This document shows, piece by piece, positions 35,983 through 46,910 of a DNA stretch of 64,000 nt. Each line of letters opens with the position of its first letter. The stretch's first letter is position 1. The position numbers and the translations under genes were made by a program. This stretch comes from an uncultured delta proteobacterium (GTDB lineage Bacteria; Desulfobacterota; Desulfobacteria; Desulfobacterales; QNYZ01), in contig CAWJQU010000013.1 of NCBI GenBank assembly GCA_963845145.1, forward strand, positions 32,001 to 96,000. Direction: 5' to 3'. Under the pieces are notes generated by a model. That model was not told where the DNA came from and ran no database searches. It worked only from the letters and a program-made list of their open reading frames with translations.

Positions 35983-38900
35983 ATGCCTGGTGAAGAAGGT
36001 AAAATAGATTATGGTGCGGTTATGGTCGTGGGCGGCGGGATTGCCGGCATGCAGTCGGCTTTGGATATCGCCAACTCCGGGTATTATGTCTATCTGGTTG
36101 AAAAGTCATCCGCCATTGGTGGCTTGATGTCCCAATTGGACAAAACCTTTCCTACCAACGATTGTGCCATGTGAATTATTTCACCGAAACTGGTCGAGGT
36201 CGGCCGGCACCTGAACATCGAATTATTAACCAACACTGAGTTGCTGGAACTTGAGGGCGAACCGGGTCGGTTCACGGCCAGCATACGGCAAAAACCGCGC
36301 TATGTGGATACTGACAAATGCACGAGCTGTGGCGAATGTATTACCGTCTGCCCAATATCCATCAGTGATGACTATAACGAGGGCCTTTCCGACCGAAAGG
36401 CGATATTCAAAAGGTACCCGCAGGCGATTCCCGGCGCTTTCGCTATAGAAAAAAAGGGAACCGCTCCCTGCCGGAGTACTTGCCCGGCCCATGTCAGTGT
36501 CCAGGGGTATATCGCCCTCACCGCCCAGGGAAAATACCGTGAGGCCCTCGCTCTGTTCAAGCAGGATCACCCATTCCCAGGTGTCTGCGGGCGTGTTTGC
36601 CATCATCCCTGCGAAGGGGCTTGCACACGCACCGATGTGGATCAATCCCTATCCATTATGCATCTGCATCGCTTTATAGCCGATGTGGATCTGGCGAGCG
36701 ATGAACCCTTTTTGCCGGAAAAAAAAGCAATAAGAGACGAAAAAGTCGCTATTATCGGGGCCGGCCCCGCCGGACTGACCTGTGCATACTTTCTGGCTCT
36801 TGAAGGATATCAGGTGACCGTATTTGAAAAACTTCCGGTTCTGGGCGGCATGCTCACCGTGGGAATTCCGTCGTATCGTCTGCCCCGGGAAATAATCGAA
36901 GCGGAAATCCAGACTATCAAGGACCTGGGTGTCAAATTCAAAACCGGTGTGGATATTGGTAAAGATGTGACCATTGCAGAGCTTCGAGACGAAGGTTTTA
37001 AAGCCTTTTTTATGGGTATCGGTTCGCATGAATGCAAGGTCCTTGGTATCGAAGGTGAGGAGTTTGAAGGTGTCTATCCGGGAATCGAATTTTTACGCGA
37101 GGTGAATCTCGGCAACCGTATCTCCTTAGGCGATCGGGTTGCTGTCATCGGCGGTGGAAATGTTGCCATGGACTCGGTGCGAACGGCCCTGCGTACCGGA
37201 TCATCCAAACCTTTTATCATCTACCGTCGCAGTGAAGCTGAAATGCCGGCCAACGAAGACGAGATCGAGGAGTGCCGGGAAGAAGGCATTGAGATCATGA
37301 CCTTGACCAATCCGGTCCGTATTCTATCGGAAAACGGAAAGGTCACAGCCGTGGAATGCGTTCGAATGGAACTTGGCGAACCTGACGAGAGCGGTCGCCG
37401 GCGTCCGGTGCCGATTGGCGGTTCTGAATTCACTATCCCTGTCGATACCGTCATTCCCGCCATTGGACAGGAATCCGATTGGGACTGCCTGACGGATGAA
37501 TGCGCTTGTACGCTGAGCGACTGGGGTACCATGGAAGTTGACCCGGTATCACTTCAGTCCGAGGATCCGGATATATTCGCCGGTGGCGATGCCGTCACCG
37601 GACCGGCCACGGTCGTGGAAGCCATCGGTGCCGGAAAAGAAGCAGCGGTTTCAATAGATCGTTTTATTCGCGGTGAAAACCTGCGCGAAGGCCGGCAAAC
37701 CGACTGGCCGGCGGTTTCGGATGTCCCCACCGAAGGCATCGAAACAAAAGCCAAAACACCCATGAAGTACCTCGATCCCCAAATTCGTATCGGCAACTTC
37801 AACGAAGTTCAGCTGGGATTTATTAAAGAAGACGCCTTGCGGGAAGCGGACCGGTGTCTTGAATGCGGTATCTGCTCCGAGTGCTACCAATGCGTCGACG
37901 CCTGCCTGGCGGAAGCGGTGGTGCACGATCAGCAGGAAGTCAATAAAAAAGTAGAAGTCGGCTCGGTGGTGCTATGCCCGGGTAGTGAACCGTATGACCC
38001 CTCAGGACTGGAGGCTTTCTACCACTACCAAAGCAATCCCAATGTGTTGACCAGCCTGGAGTTTGAGCGGATTCTCAGCGCTTCTGGGCCGACGATGGGA
38101 CACATGGTCCGTCCGTCCGACGAAAAAGAACCGAAAAAAATAGCCTGGCTACAATGTATCGGCTCCCGGGATACCAACAAGTGCGGCAACAGTTATTGCA
38201 GCTCGGTTTGCTGTATGTACGCAATCAAAGACGCCATGATTGCCAAAGAACATGCCGAAGGAGATTTGGATTGCGTGATCTTCAACATGGATATTCGCAC
38301 TTTCGGTAAGGATTATGAAAAATACTATGATCGGGCCAGGGGAAAGGCCGGGGTTCGATTCGTCAAAGCCCGGATTCATACCATTGATGAAGTCAGAGAT
38401 AATAAAGATTTACGCATTCGCTATTCGGACCCATCCGGTGCGCTTCAGGAAGAATTCTTCGATATGGTCGTGTTGTCCGTTGGTTTGCAGATACCCAAAT
38501 CGGTGGTTGATCTGGCCCAAAGACTGGATATCGACATCGATGACGCCAATTTTGCGGTTACCGACCCCCTGAAACCCGTCGAAACGTCCCGACCAGGGGT
38601 CTATGCCTCAGGCGTTTTTCAGGAACCCAAGGATATTCCCAGTTCCATTATCGAAGCCAGTGCGGCCGCCTGCCTGGCCGGTAGGAACTTGAGTGACTCT
38701 CGTCACTCCCTCACGAGAAGCGTGGCACTGCCCGATGAGATTGATGTCACCGATCAGGCACCGCGAACCGGTGTGTTCGTCTGCAATTGCGGCATTAATA
38801 TCTCCGGGGTGGTTAATGTGGCTGAGGTGGAAGAGTATGCCAAAACGCTTCCCGGCGTGGTTTATTCCGGACAAAACTTGTTTACCTGTTCGGAAGATTC

Positions 38901-40428
38901 CCAGCAACAGATGAAGGAGATCATAAAAGAACACAACCTTAACAGAATTGTCGTTGCCGCCTGTACGCCCAAAACACATGAAGGTATCTTCATGGATACG
39001 CTTGAGGCTAGCGGTTTGAACAAGTACCTGTTTGAGATGGCCAATATCCGGAACCAGGGATCCTGGGTACATGCGGATCAGCCTTCCGAAGCCACGGAAA
39101 AAGCCAAATTTCTCGTGCGTATGGCCGCTGCGAGGGCATCCGTCCTATATCCTTTAACCGAGGAGATAATCCCGATCAACCAGCGTGCACTAGTGATCGG
39201 CGGCGGGGTCGCCGGGATGAATGCGGCCCTGGGGTTGGCGGATCAGGGATATGAAACGATCATCATCGAAAAAGAAAAACAGTTGGGCGGCTTGGCCAAC
39301 CGTCTGACGGCCACTATCGAAGGGGCGGACGTTGTTGACTACGTGAAAGAGCTTGTTGCCCGGGTAAACGGTCATGAAAAAATCCAGGTCCTGATGCAGT
39401 CGCTGATCGTCGGTTTTTCCGGGTTTAAGGGTAACTTTAACACGGAAGTGCTGGTGGGCCCCGGCATGTATGAAAGAAAAATCGATCATGGCGTCGTGAT
39501 TCTCGCCACCGGTGCCGATGAGTACGTGCCCAAAGAGTATCTTTACGGCGAAAACGATCATGTGGTGACCCAGCTCGAGCTATCTCATCGGCTCAAGGAA
39601 AAAGGTGCTGAAGATTTAGAACAGGTGGTAATGATTCAATGCGTGGGGTCGCGAAATGAGGAGAATCCCAATTGTTCGAGAATTTGCTGCCAAAATGCCG
39701 TCAAAAATGCTTTGCACATAAAAAAGATGAATCCGGACACACAGGTTTTTATTCTTTACCGGGATATACGCACGTATGGTCTGCTCGAAAATTACTACAC
39801 CGAGGCCCGTAAGCTAGGCGTGATGTTCTTTCGGTATGACCCTGATAATCCACCGATTACCGAGGCAGAGGATGGCGGCGTAGCCGTAACCTTTGAAGAC
39901 CACGTGCTGCAACGAAAGTTAAAAGTAACGGCGGACCTCGTGGTGCTGAGCGCCGGCATGGTAGCGGCGGACACCGAAGAGTTGGCCTCGATCGTTAAAC
40001 TGGCTCGAACGGCGGAAGGGCATTTCATGGAAGCCCATGTGAAACTGCGGCCGGTGGATATGGCAACGGAAGGGATTTTTCTCTGCGGCACGGCGCATAG
40101 CCCCAAGCTGCTTTCCGAAACCATCGCCCAGGCCTATGCCGCGGTATCAAGAGCCACGACCCTTCTATCGCAGCCGCACCTAACACTCTCGGCGGTGACC
40201 GCTACGGTAGAATCGGAGCATTGTGCCGCCTGCCTGGTTTGCGTACGTTCTTGCCCCTACAACGTACCGAAGATTAACGAAGACGGTGTCAGTGCCATAG
40301 ATGCGGCGTTGTGCCACGGTTGCGGTATCTGCGCTTCCGAGTGCCCGGCTAAGGCTATCGAACTGAACTGGTACGAAGATGACCAGATTATGTGTAAGCT
40401 CGATGCCGTGCTTGAAGAAGCGATTTGA
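35983..40428 (+). CDS. hdrA: Large heterodisulfide reductase subunit A-like (HdrL-type) selenoprotein with inserted NAD(P)H-binding GltD-like domain
   Basis: GGAGG then ATG 35983; 'VVGGGIAGM...[12 protein letters not shown]'-TGA(36172-36174)-'IISPKL' where HdrA has Cys; frame continues into the 36241-40428 ORF ('CIGSRD...CSSVCCMY', second HdrA module, ferredoxin motifs). Confidence 0.92.
36190..36207 (+). promoter_or_regulatory. SECIS-like hairpin
   Basis: CUGGUCG-AGGU-CGGCCGG (two G-U pairs) downstream of UGA 36172. Confidence 0.65.
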
Positions 40429-40531
40429 TACGGACCGGGATTAGACGTGAAACATGCCCGTCAGCCGTATCGCTTTCCGGCGAACAGCATTAACGGTCAA
40501 AGCGGTGGTTGGATTCAACAGAGGAGGAACA

Positions 40532-40963
40532 ATGTCAGATAATTTCGAACCGATCATTATCGCGTTTTGCTGCAACTACTGAGGGTATACCGCTGCGGAC
40601 CTGGCAGGTTCCATGCGCTTGCAGTATCCGACTAGTATCAAGATCATTCGGGTACCATGTACGGGTAAAGTTGATGTGTTGCATATTCTTCGATCGTTTG
40701 AAAAAGGCGCCGACGGCGTTTATGTGGTGGGATGCCTTGAGGGTGACTGCCATTTTAACAACGGTAACTTCCGGGCGCGTAAAAGGGTTGAGCAGGCGCA
40801 AGGTATATTAAATACTATTGGTATCGAGGGAGAGAGGGCTCAGATGTACAACTTATCCTCGAGCGAGGGGCCGAAATTTGCAGAATTTGCGGTTGAAATG
40901 GATGAAAAAATACGGAACCTGGGCCCGAACCCGATCAAACCGGTGAAACAGAAGGCCGCATAA
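40532..40963 (+). CDS. mvhD: MvhD/FlpD hydrogenase iron-sulfur subunit, selenoprotein
   Basis: GAGGAGG then ATG 40532; 'FEPIIIAFCCNY'-TGA(40580-40582)-'GYTAADLAGSMRLQYP...RVPCTGK...GADGV..VGC..GDCH'. Confidence 0.92.
40597..40612 (+). promoter_or_regulatory. SECIS-like hairpin
   Basis: GGACCU-GGC-AGGU(U)CC, loop 20 nt after the UGA. Confidence 0.55.
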
Positions 40964-41045
40964 TCGGGTCAGGGTTTGACAGTCCAATGCGCACTTGAAT
41001 CAATAAGGTGAGTGTTTTCAGGACCACAAAAGGAGGATATTGCCA

Positions 41046-41714
41046 ATGATTGTTGCCGACAGAAAGCCGATTGAGGAGATTATCGGCGAAATAAAAGACA
41101 AAAAAAACCTCCTCATTCTCGGTTGCAATGAGTGTGTCACGGTATGCGAGGCGGGGGGTAAAAAAGAAGTGGGGGTTCTGGCATCGGCGCTTAGAATGAA
41201 CTGTCTCAAAGAGGGCCGGGAAGTCAAGATTGATGAAATCACCCTGCAAAGACAGTGCGACCATGAATATCTAGAAGAGATTCGTGACGTGATTGACCGG
41301 TATGATGCTGTCGTCTCCCTTGCCTGCGGCGTCGGCGTTCAGTTCATGGCCGAAAAATATTTCGATTTACCCATTTTACCTGGTGTGAATACCTGCTTTA
41401 TGGGTGCAACCGAAGAGCGGGGTGTGTGGACGGAAAGGTGTCAGGGGTGCGGCCAATGCATATTGGCACGGACCGGGGGGTTATGTCCGGTTTCCCGATG
41501 TGCAAAACGGCTGTTCAACGGTCCTTGCGGGGGATCCAGTCAGGGTAAATGTGAAGTGGACAAAGATACCGCCTGTATCTGGCAATTGATCGTGGAGCAA
41601 CTCAAGGTGTTGGGACAAATGGAGAATTATGAAGCGATCAGTCCGATTAAGGACTGGTCCACCGACAGAGCCGGTGGGCCCCGAAAGGTCATCAGGGAGG
41701 ATTTAAAGCAATGA
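41046..41714 (+). CDS. metV: MetV, methylene-THF reductase Fe-S subunit
   Basis: 'MIVADRKP', 'GCNECVTVC', 'ERCQGCGQC...CPVSRCAKRLFNGPCGG...CEV...C.W'; overlaps the metF start. Confidence 0.88.
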   Translation: MIVADRKPIEEIIGEIKDKKNLLILGCNECVTVCEAGGKKEVGVLASALRMNCLKEGREVKIDEITLQRQCDHEYLEEIRDVIDRYDAVVSLACGVGVQFMAEKYFDLPILPGVNTCFMGATEERGVWTERCQGCGQCILARTGGLCPVSRCAKRLFNGPCGGSSQGKCEVDKDTACIWQLIVEQLKVLGQMENYEAISPIKDWSTDRAGGPRKVIREDLKQ

Positions 41715-42643
41715 AAACCACTACACCGAGCAGACTTGAGAAAGTTTTGGCCGCCGGGCACCTGGCCGTGACTTCGGAGTGCGGCCCACCCCGGGGTAGC
41801 GATCCGGAAGTGATTATTAAAAAAGCCGAATTGATCAAGGACCATGTTGATGCAGTGAACATCACCGATAACCAGACGTCGGTGACCCGCATGTGCAGCC
41901 TGGCGGCCTGTATACGGCTTAAAATGATGGGGCTGGAGCCGGTTTTACAAATGGTGACCCGGGACCGTAATCGAATCGCCCTTCAGAGTGATATTCTTGG
42001 GGCGGCATCCTTTGATATCTACAACATTCTCTGCCTTTCGGGGGATCACCAAAGCTTTGGAGATTGCGCCCAAGGACAAAATGTTCATGATATCGATTCC
42101 ATGCAACTGGCGCAAACCGTTCGACGCATGCGCGATGAAGGCAAATTCTTAGGGGGCGATGACATCAAACGACCGCCGCAAATGTTCGTGGGGGCGGCCG
42201 CCAATCCCTTCGCCGATCCTTTTGAAATCCGTGTGCCCCGGTTGGCTAAAAAAATCGCTGCGGGAGCGGAATTTATCCAGACTCAGTGTATTTACAACCT
42301 CGATAAGTTTGAAGAGTGGATGAAATTGGTGGTTGATCGCGGCCTGCATGAAAAGGTGGCAATTTTAGCCGGAATGACACCCATGAAATCGGCCGGAATG
42401 GCCCGTTATATGAAAAACAGGGTGCCGGGAATGGATGTGCCCGATGAGGTCGTCAAGCGCCTGGCCGATACGCCCAAGGAAAAGCAGGCCGAAGAGGGAA
42501 TTAATATCTGCGTCGAAGCGATGCAGCGCCTTAAAGAAGTTGAAGGCGTAAGGGGATTTCATGTGATGGCCATTGAATGGGAGGAGAAAGTCCCTGACAT
42601 TGTGGAGCGCACGGGACTCTATCCCCGACCTGAGGTCAATTAA
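41711..42643 (+). CDS. metF: Methylenetetrahydrofolate reductase, FAD subunit
   Basis: 'ECGPPRG', 'NITDNQ', 'RDRNRIALQSD', 'LSGDH', 'AGAEFIQTQ', 'GFHVMAI'. Confidence 0.92.
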   Translation: MKTTTPSRLEKVLAAGHLAVTSECGPPRGSDPEVIIKKAELIKDHVDAVNITDNQTSVTRMCSLAACIRLKMMGLEPVLQMVTRDRNRIALQSDILGAASFDIYNILCLSGDHQSFGDCAQGQNVHDIDSMQLAQTVRRMRDEGKFLGGDDIKRPPQMFVGAAANPFADPFEIRVPRLAKKIAAGAEFIQTQCIYNLDKFEEWMKLVVDRGLHEKVAILAGMTPMKSAGMARYMKNRVPGMDVPDEVVKRLADTPKEKQAEEGINICVEAMQRLKEVEGVRGFHVMAIEWEEKVPDIVERTGLYPRPEVN

Positions 42644-42732
42644 GCCAGGTTAACGTTAAATGCTGAGGACGATGAGCAACAAAATGATTTTAAATATGGT
42701 TTAACCGGTAACTCATTCAAGGGAGGTATCTC

Positions 42733-43125
42733 ATGAACGATAAAAAAAGAATACTTGTGGTGGATGATGAACCTGATTTCTGCTCAATTGTGCAGGGACA
42801 GTTGGAAAACGAGGGGTTTGAAGTGGATGTGGCCTACAATGGTTTGGAAGGCATCGAGAAGGTTCACGCCAATCCGCCGGACGCCATCGTGTTAGACGTG
42901 ATGATGCCGGAAAAAGATGGATATGAAATGTGTGCGGAACTAAAAGGCGATGAGAATTGTTGCGATATTCCCATCGTTCTTTTGACCGCCGTGGCTTCCC
43001 ATGTCACCTCGACGCGATATACCCACGCCGACGGGATGAGTACCGAAGCGGATGACTATATCGCCAAACCCGCCTCGGCCGAGGAGATTACCGAAAGTGT
43101 CAAGCGTTTGCTAAACATGGCTTAA
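42733..43125 (+). CDS. Single-domain response regulator
   Basis: 'ILVVDDE...VLDVMMPEKDG...LTA...YIAKP'. Confidence 0.92.
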   Translation: MNDKKRILVVDDEPDFCSIVQGQLENEGFEVDVAYNGLEGIEKVHANPPDAIVLDVMMPEKDGYEMCAELKGDENCCDIPIVLLTAVASHVTSTRYTHADGMSTEADDYIAKPASAEEITESVKRLLNMA

Positions 43126-43188
43126 CCAAAAAAGGGCACGAGTCACTTGTTCGATTCGTACTGACCGATAACAACGAGGGGGGAGGGT

Positions 43189-44487
43189 ATGTCATCCCAG
43201 GTTTTGGAGATAAAACCAAAAGCCGATAAATCGTTCATGGATACCGTCAAACAACTACTGCCGGACGGAGGCAATTTGAACCTGTGCCTGACGTGCGGCC
43301 TTTGCGCTTCCGGTTGTCCCGCCGCGGGGCTTGGAAATATGGACCCGCGCAAGTTTCTGCGTATGGCGGCTTTGGGCATGGATGAAGAAGTTATGAATGG
43401 CGAGTGGGCCTGGTGGTGTACTATGTGTATGCGTTGTGTTCATGCCTGTCCTATGAAAATTGATATCCCTGCTTTGGTAGCCAATGTTCGCAAGAATTGG
43501 CCCAAAGAGAACCAACCCAAAGGTATTCGGGGATCCTGTGAGATGGCCTTGCGCAATGATACCTGTTCAGCCATGGGCGCCACGGAAGAGGACTGGCGTT
43601 TTGTGGTGGAAGATGTGGCGGAAGAGGTGCGAGATACCCAACCTGGTTTTGAAAAATTGCAGGCGCCCATGGATAAAGAAGGCGCCACCTTTTATTTGAA
43701 TCAAAACTCAAGGGAACCGGTTACCGAGCCCGATGAAATGGTTCCACTGTGGAAGGTTTTGCATGAAGTCGGTGCCGATTGGACTTACGGATCCAAGGGA
43801 TGGGCAGCTGAAAATTACTGCCTTTTCTGCCAGGACTTCGAAGGGTGGGAGCACATTTTACGGGTCAAGGCAAAGGCGGTTGATGATCTGGGCTGTAAAG
43901 TCTGGCTCAACACTGAATGAGGGCACGAATTTTTTGCAGTCCGGGTCGGACTGGCCAAATTTAACATCGATCATGATTTTGAAATTAAAAGCCTTATCGA
44001 ATATTATGCCAAATGGATTCGTGAAGGTAAGCTGAAAGTCAATTCTGATTGGAACAAGGATTTAAAAGTCAAATTTACCGTACAGGACCCCTGCCAGCTC
44101 GTCCGAAAAACGCTGGGAGATCCCATTGCTGAAGATCTTCGATTTGTCGTGCAGACCGTCGTGGGAGAAGAAAACTATATAGACATGCATCCCAATCGAT
44201 CAAATAACTATTGTTGCGGCGGCGGCGGCGGATTTCTTCAGTCCGGGTATCCCGATGAGCGAAGGCATTACGGACGCTTGAAATTTGAGCAGGTGATGGA
44301 CACCGGCGCGGATTACTGCATTACCCCCTGCCACAATTGCCATGCGCAAATCCATGATTTGAAAGAGCACTATAGCGGCAAGTATCATACAGTTCACCTT
44401 TGGACCATCATTTGTCTGGCGATGGGTATCCTAGGTGAGAACGAACGGGCATATCTCGGGCCGGACCTGGCCGAGCTAGGACTTTGA
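43189..44487 (+). CDS. HdrC/HdrD-like Fe-S and CCG-domain oxidoreductase, selenoprotein
   Basis: N-terminal CxxCxxCxxxCP clusters; 'WLNTE'-TGA(43918-43920)-'GHEFF' (family ECGH); frame stays open into the 44149-44487 ORF ('QDPCQ', 'YCCGGGGG', 'PCHNC'). Confidence 0.88.
43937..43953 (+). promoter_or_regulatory. SECIS-like hairpin
   Basis: Perfect stem CAGUCCG-GGU-CGGACUG, loop 23 nt after the UGA. Confidence 0.78.
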
Positions 44488-44529
44488 CACACAAGATACT
44501 ATTGACCCCATAAGGTTAAACCATATGCC

Positions 44530-45345
44530 ATGAAAGTCTACTGTATTCTCGGTGACGAGCGGGCTTTTCGGACCAAATCGCCGCACATGTTTTCCAAGGT
44601 TATGGAAAATCTCGGTCTGCGGGCCGGTTATGTTCCTTTTAAGGTGGTTCCGGATCGGATTGGCCAAGCCATTCAAAGTCTGCGGGTGTTGAACATGGCG
44701 GGTGCCAACGTGACCGTTCCTTACAAGGAAGCCGTCGTACCCCATATGGATATCTTATCCGAAGGCGCGAACATTATCGGTGCCGTTAATACAATTGTCT
44801 GTGATGGTGACACCCTCAAAGGGTACAATACCAATGCTATCGGCATCATGGATGCATTGGCGGATTCGGGGTTTAAGGCGGAGGGTAAATCTGCATTAAT
44901 TTTTGGAACCGGCGGAGCGGCCATGGCGGCGGCATTTATTTTAAATTGGCTGCGGACAGGCACTATTTATGTTACTGGGCGCGACGAATCCAAGTGCCGT
45001 AGGATCGTCGAAAAGTTTGGCGGTGAAACCATCGGGTTAAACACCCTTGCCGATAATTCCCTGCCCGTGCACATTGTTGTCAATGCCACATCGGTGTCAA
45101 CGGCAGATGAGTCGGCATCCATGGCTGCCCTGGCAAAGAAGTTGGAGCTTCCGGACTGTGAACTGGTATTTGACTTAAACTACGGGAGAGATCGGAATTT
45201 CTGGGAAGAACTGGCAATTAAAAACGGGGTCCGTTTTATTGACGGCCTGGCCCCTTTGGCCTACCAGGCCAGGCGAACGTTTGCATTATGGACAAAACTA
45301 CAAGTACCGCCTGAAGAATTTATCAAAGCGTTGCATGATTCGTAA
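44530..45345 (+). CDS. Shikimate dehydrogenase (AroE) family protein, atypical active site
   Basis: 'KSP', 'GANVTVPYK', 'GAVNT', 'GTGGAA', 'DLNY', 'DGL..L..QA'; NTD appears as NTN. Confidence 0.8.
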   Translation: MKVYCILGDERAFRTKSPHMFSKVMENLGLRAGYVPFKVVPDRIGQAIQSLRVLNMAGANVTVPYKEAVVPHMDILSEGANIIGAVNTIVCDGDTLKGYNTNAIGIMDALADSGFKAEGKSALIFGTGGAAMAAAFILNWLRTGTIYVTGRDESKCRRIVEKFGGETIGLNTLADNSLPVHIVVNATSVSTADESASMAALAKKLELPDCELVFDLNYGRDRNFWEELAIKNGVRFIDGLAPLAYQARRTFALWTKLQVPPEEFIKALHDS

Positions 45346-45405
45346 AAAGGGACTCACGCACGACAACGCTACTTTTGGCTCTATCTCACTTTAAATCGAT
45401 AGACA

Positions 45406-46910
45406 TCATTCCGTGAGCGGCAGTAAAACCGTAAAGGTACTTCCTTTGCCCGGCTCACTTTCAACATCGATAAACCCTCCCAGAGAGTCTACCAAGCCTT
45501 TGACGATGGGCAAACCCAGGCCGGTCCCCGTTATATAGCGTGTTTTATCATCTTTAACGCGATAGAATCTTTGAAAGATTTTATCCAGGTACTTGTCGGC
45601 AATACCAAAACCATTGTCGATGACTTTAACCCGTGCATTGATGCCGGCAAGGTCTATCACCACCTTAATTTTACCACCTTCCTGAGTGTAGTTGATGGCG
45701 TTGGTGATTAAGTTTCCGAAAATACTTTCGATGGCAATGGGGTCGGCGGATAGATCCGGGAAGGCGTCTTTGGGAAGGTCCACGGCCAACGTCTGATTTT
45801 TAGATGCGGCCCTGGTCCCCAGAAAATCGACGATATTATGAATGATTTCTTCCAGACGAACCGGCTGGGGCTCATGACAGATCAAGCCCTCCTCAATGCG
45901 GGAGAGATCCAAAAGGTCGCCTATGAGCGATATCAATCCCTGGGTCTTGTCCTTGGCACGGGAAAGCACATGATGGTCACTATCGGTCGTATCTCCGACC
46001 ATGTCTTTAATAACCAGTGCCAGTTGTTCGTGGATGGTTGACAATGGCGAACGCAACTCATGGGAGACTTTGGCAACGAATTCCGATTTCAAGCGATCAA
46101 GTACTTTCATATCCGAAATGTCGACGAAATTAACCACCGCTCCCAGACACTCTCTTTTCTCGCCTAACACAGGCTGTCCTCGAACGAGGAGGAACCTCTC
46201 TTCGGCAACCTTTAGCTCCCGGTCCGGAATATCTTCATAATCAATGTGCTTCCCAGCGGATATTTCGTGAATCAAACGGCATAAATCGCTATCGGGCACA
46301 TAATCCTCAATGGCCTCACCCGGTTGGGAAGGGGTGTTTTTACCCAGAAAATGGCAACAGGCAGGATTGATTAAAACCACAACGCCCTCGGTATTGGTGA
46401 CCAGGACACCGTTCGGTAGCGATTTTACGATAGTGTGAAGACGGCTTTTTTCCGTGTCGAGGTCGGATAAGGTTCTTTTTTTTCTAATTCCAATAGCTTG
46501 GCTTGCCGAGTAAGCAAGATCTTGTCAGCCGCGCGCCCGGCGATAATTCGCATCCGATCCGGTTCAAAGGGTTTGGGAATAAAATCGTAGGCCCCATTTT
46601 TCAACGCCATGATAGCCGTTTCGACGGTGGCGAAACCGGTAACCACAATCACAATAATGGTATCGTCCAACGCCATGATTCGTTCCAGTACTTCCATCCC
46701 CTCCATGCCCGGCATTTTCAGATCGAGAAAGACAATAGCGATTTGATCCTTTGACAAAATATCCAGAGCCTCTTCACCCCTGGAGGCCTTTATCACCTGA
46801 AACCCCTGACGGCTTAAGATCCGTTCGGACCCATCCCGGATGTCTTCCTCATCATCCACCACCAATATGCGAATGGTCTCAAACTTCACGTTCGCCGCTG
46901 TTTCCTTCAT
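45406..46910 (-). CDS. Hybrid REC-PAS-histidine kinase (one frameshift in A8 run at 46476-46483)
   Basis: REC domain ORF 46425-46910 joins ORF 45406-46380 ('VSHELRSPL', 'NAINY', 'DNGFGI', 'GTGLGL') if one A is added. Confidence 0.82.

Noticed and set aside
46476..46483. Programmed frameshift or phase variation at the A8 run (also 3784-3791)
   Set aside because: Similar single-base indels occur across unrelated genes, some outside homopolymers, so sequencing error is simpler.
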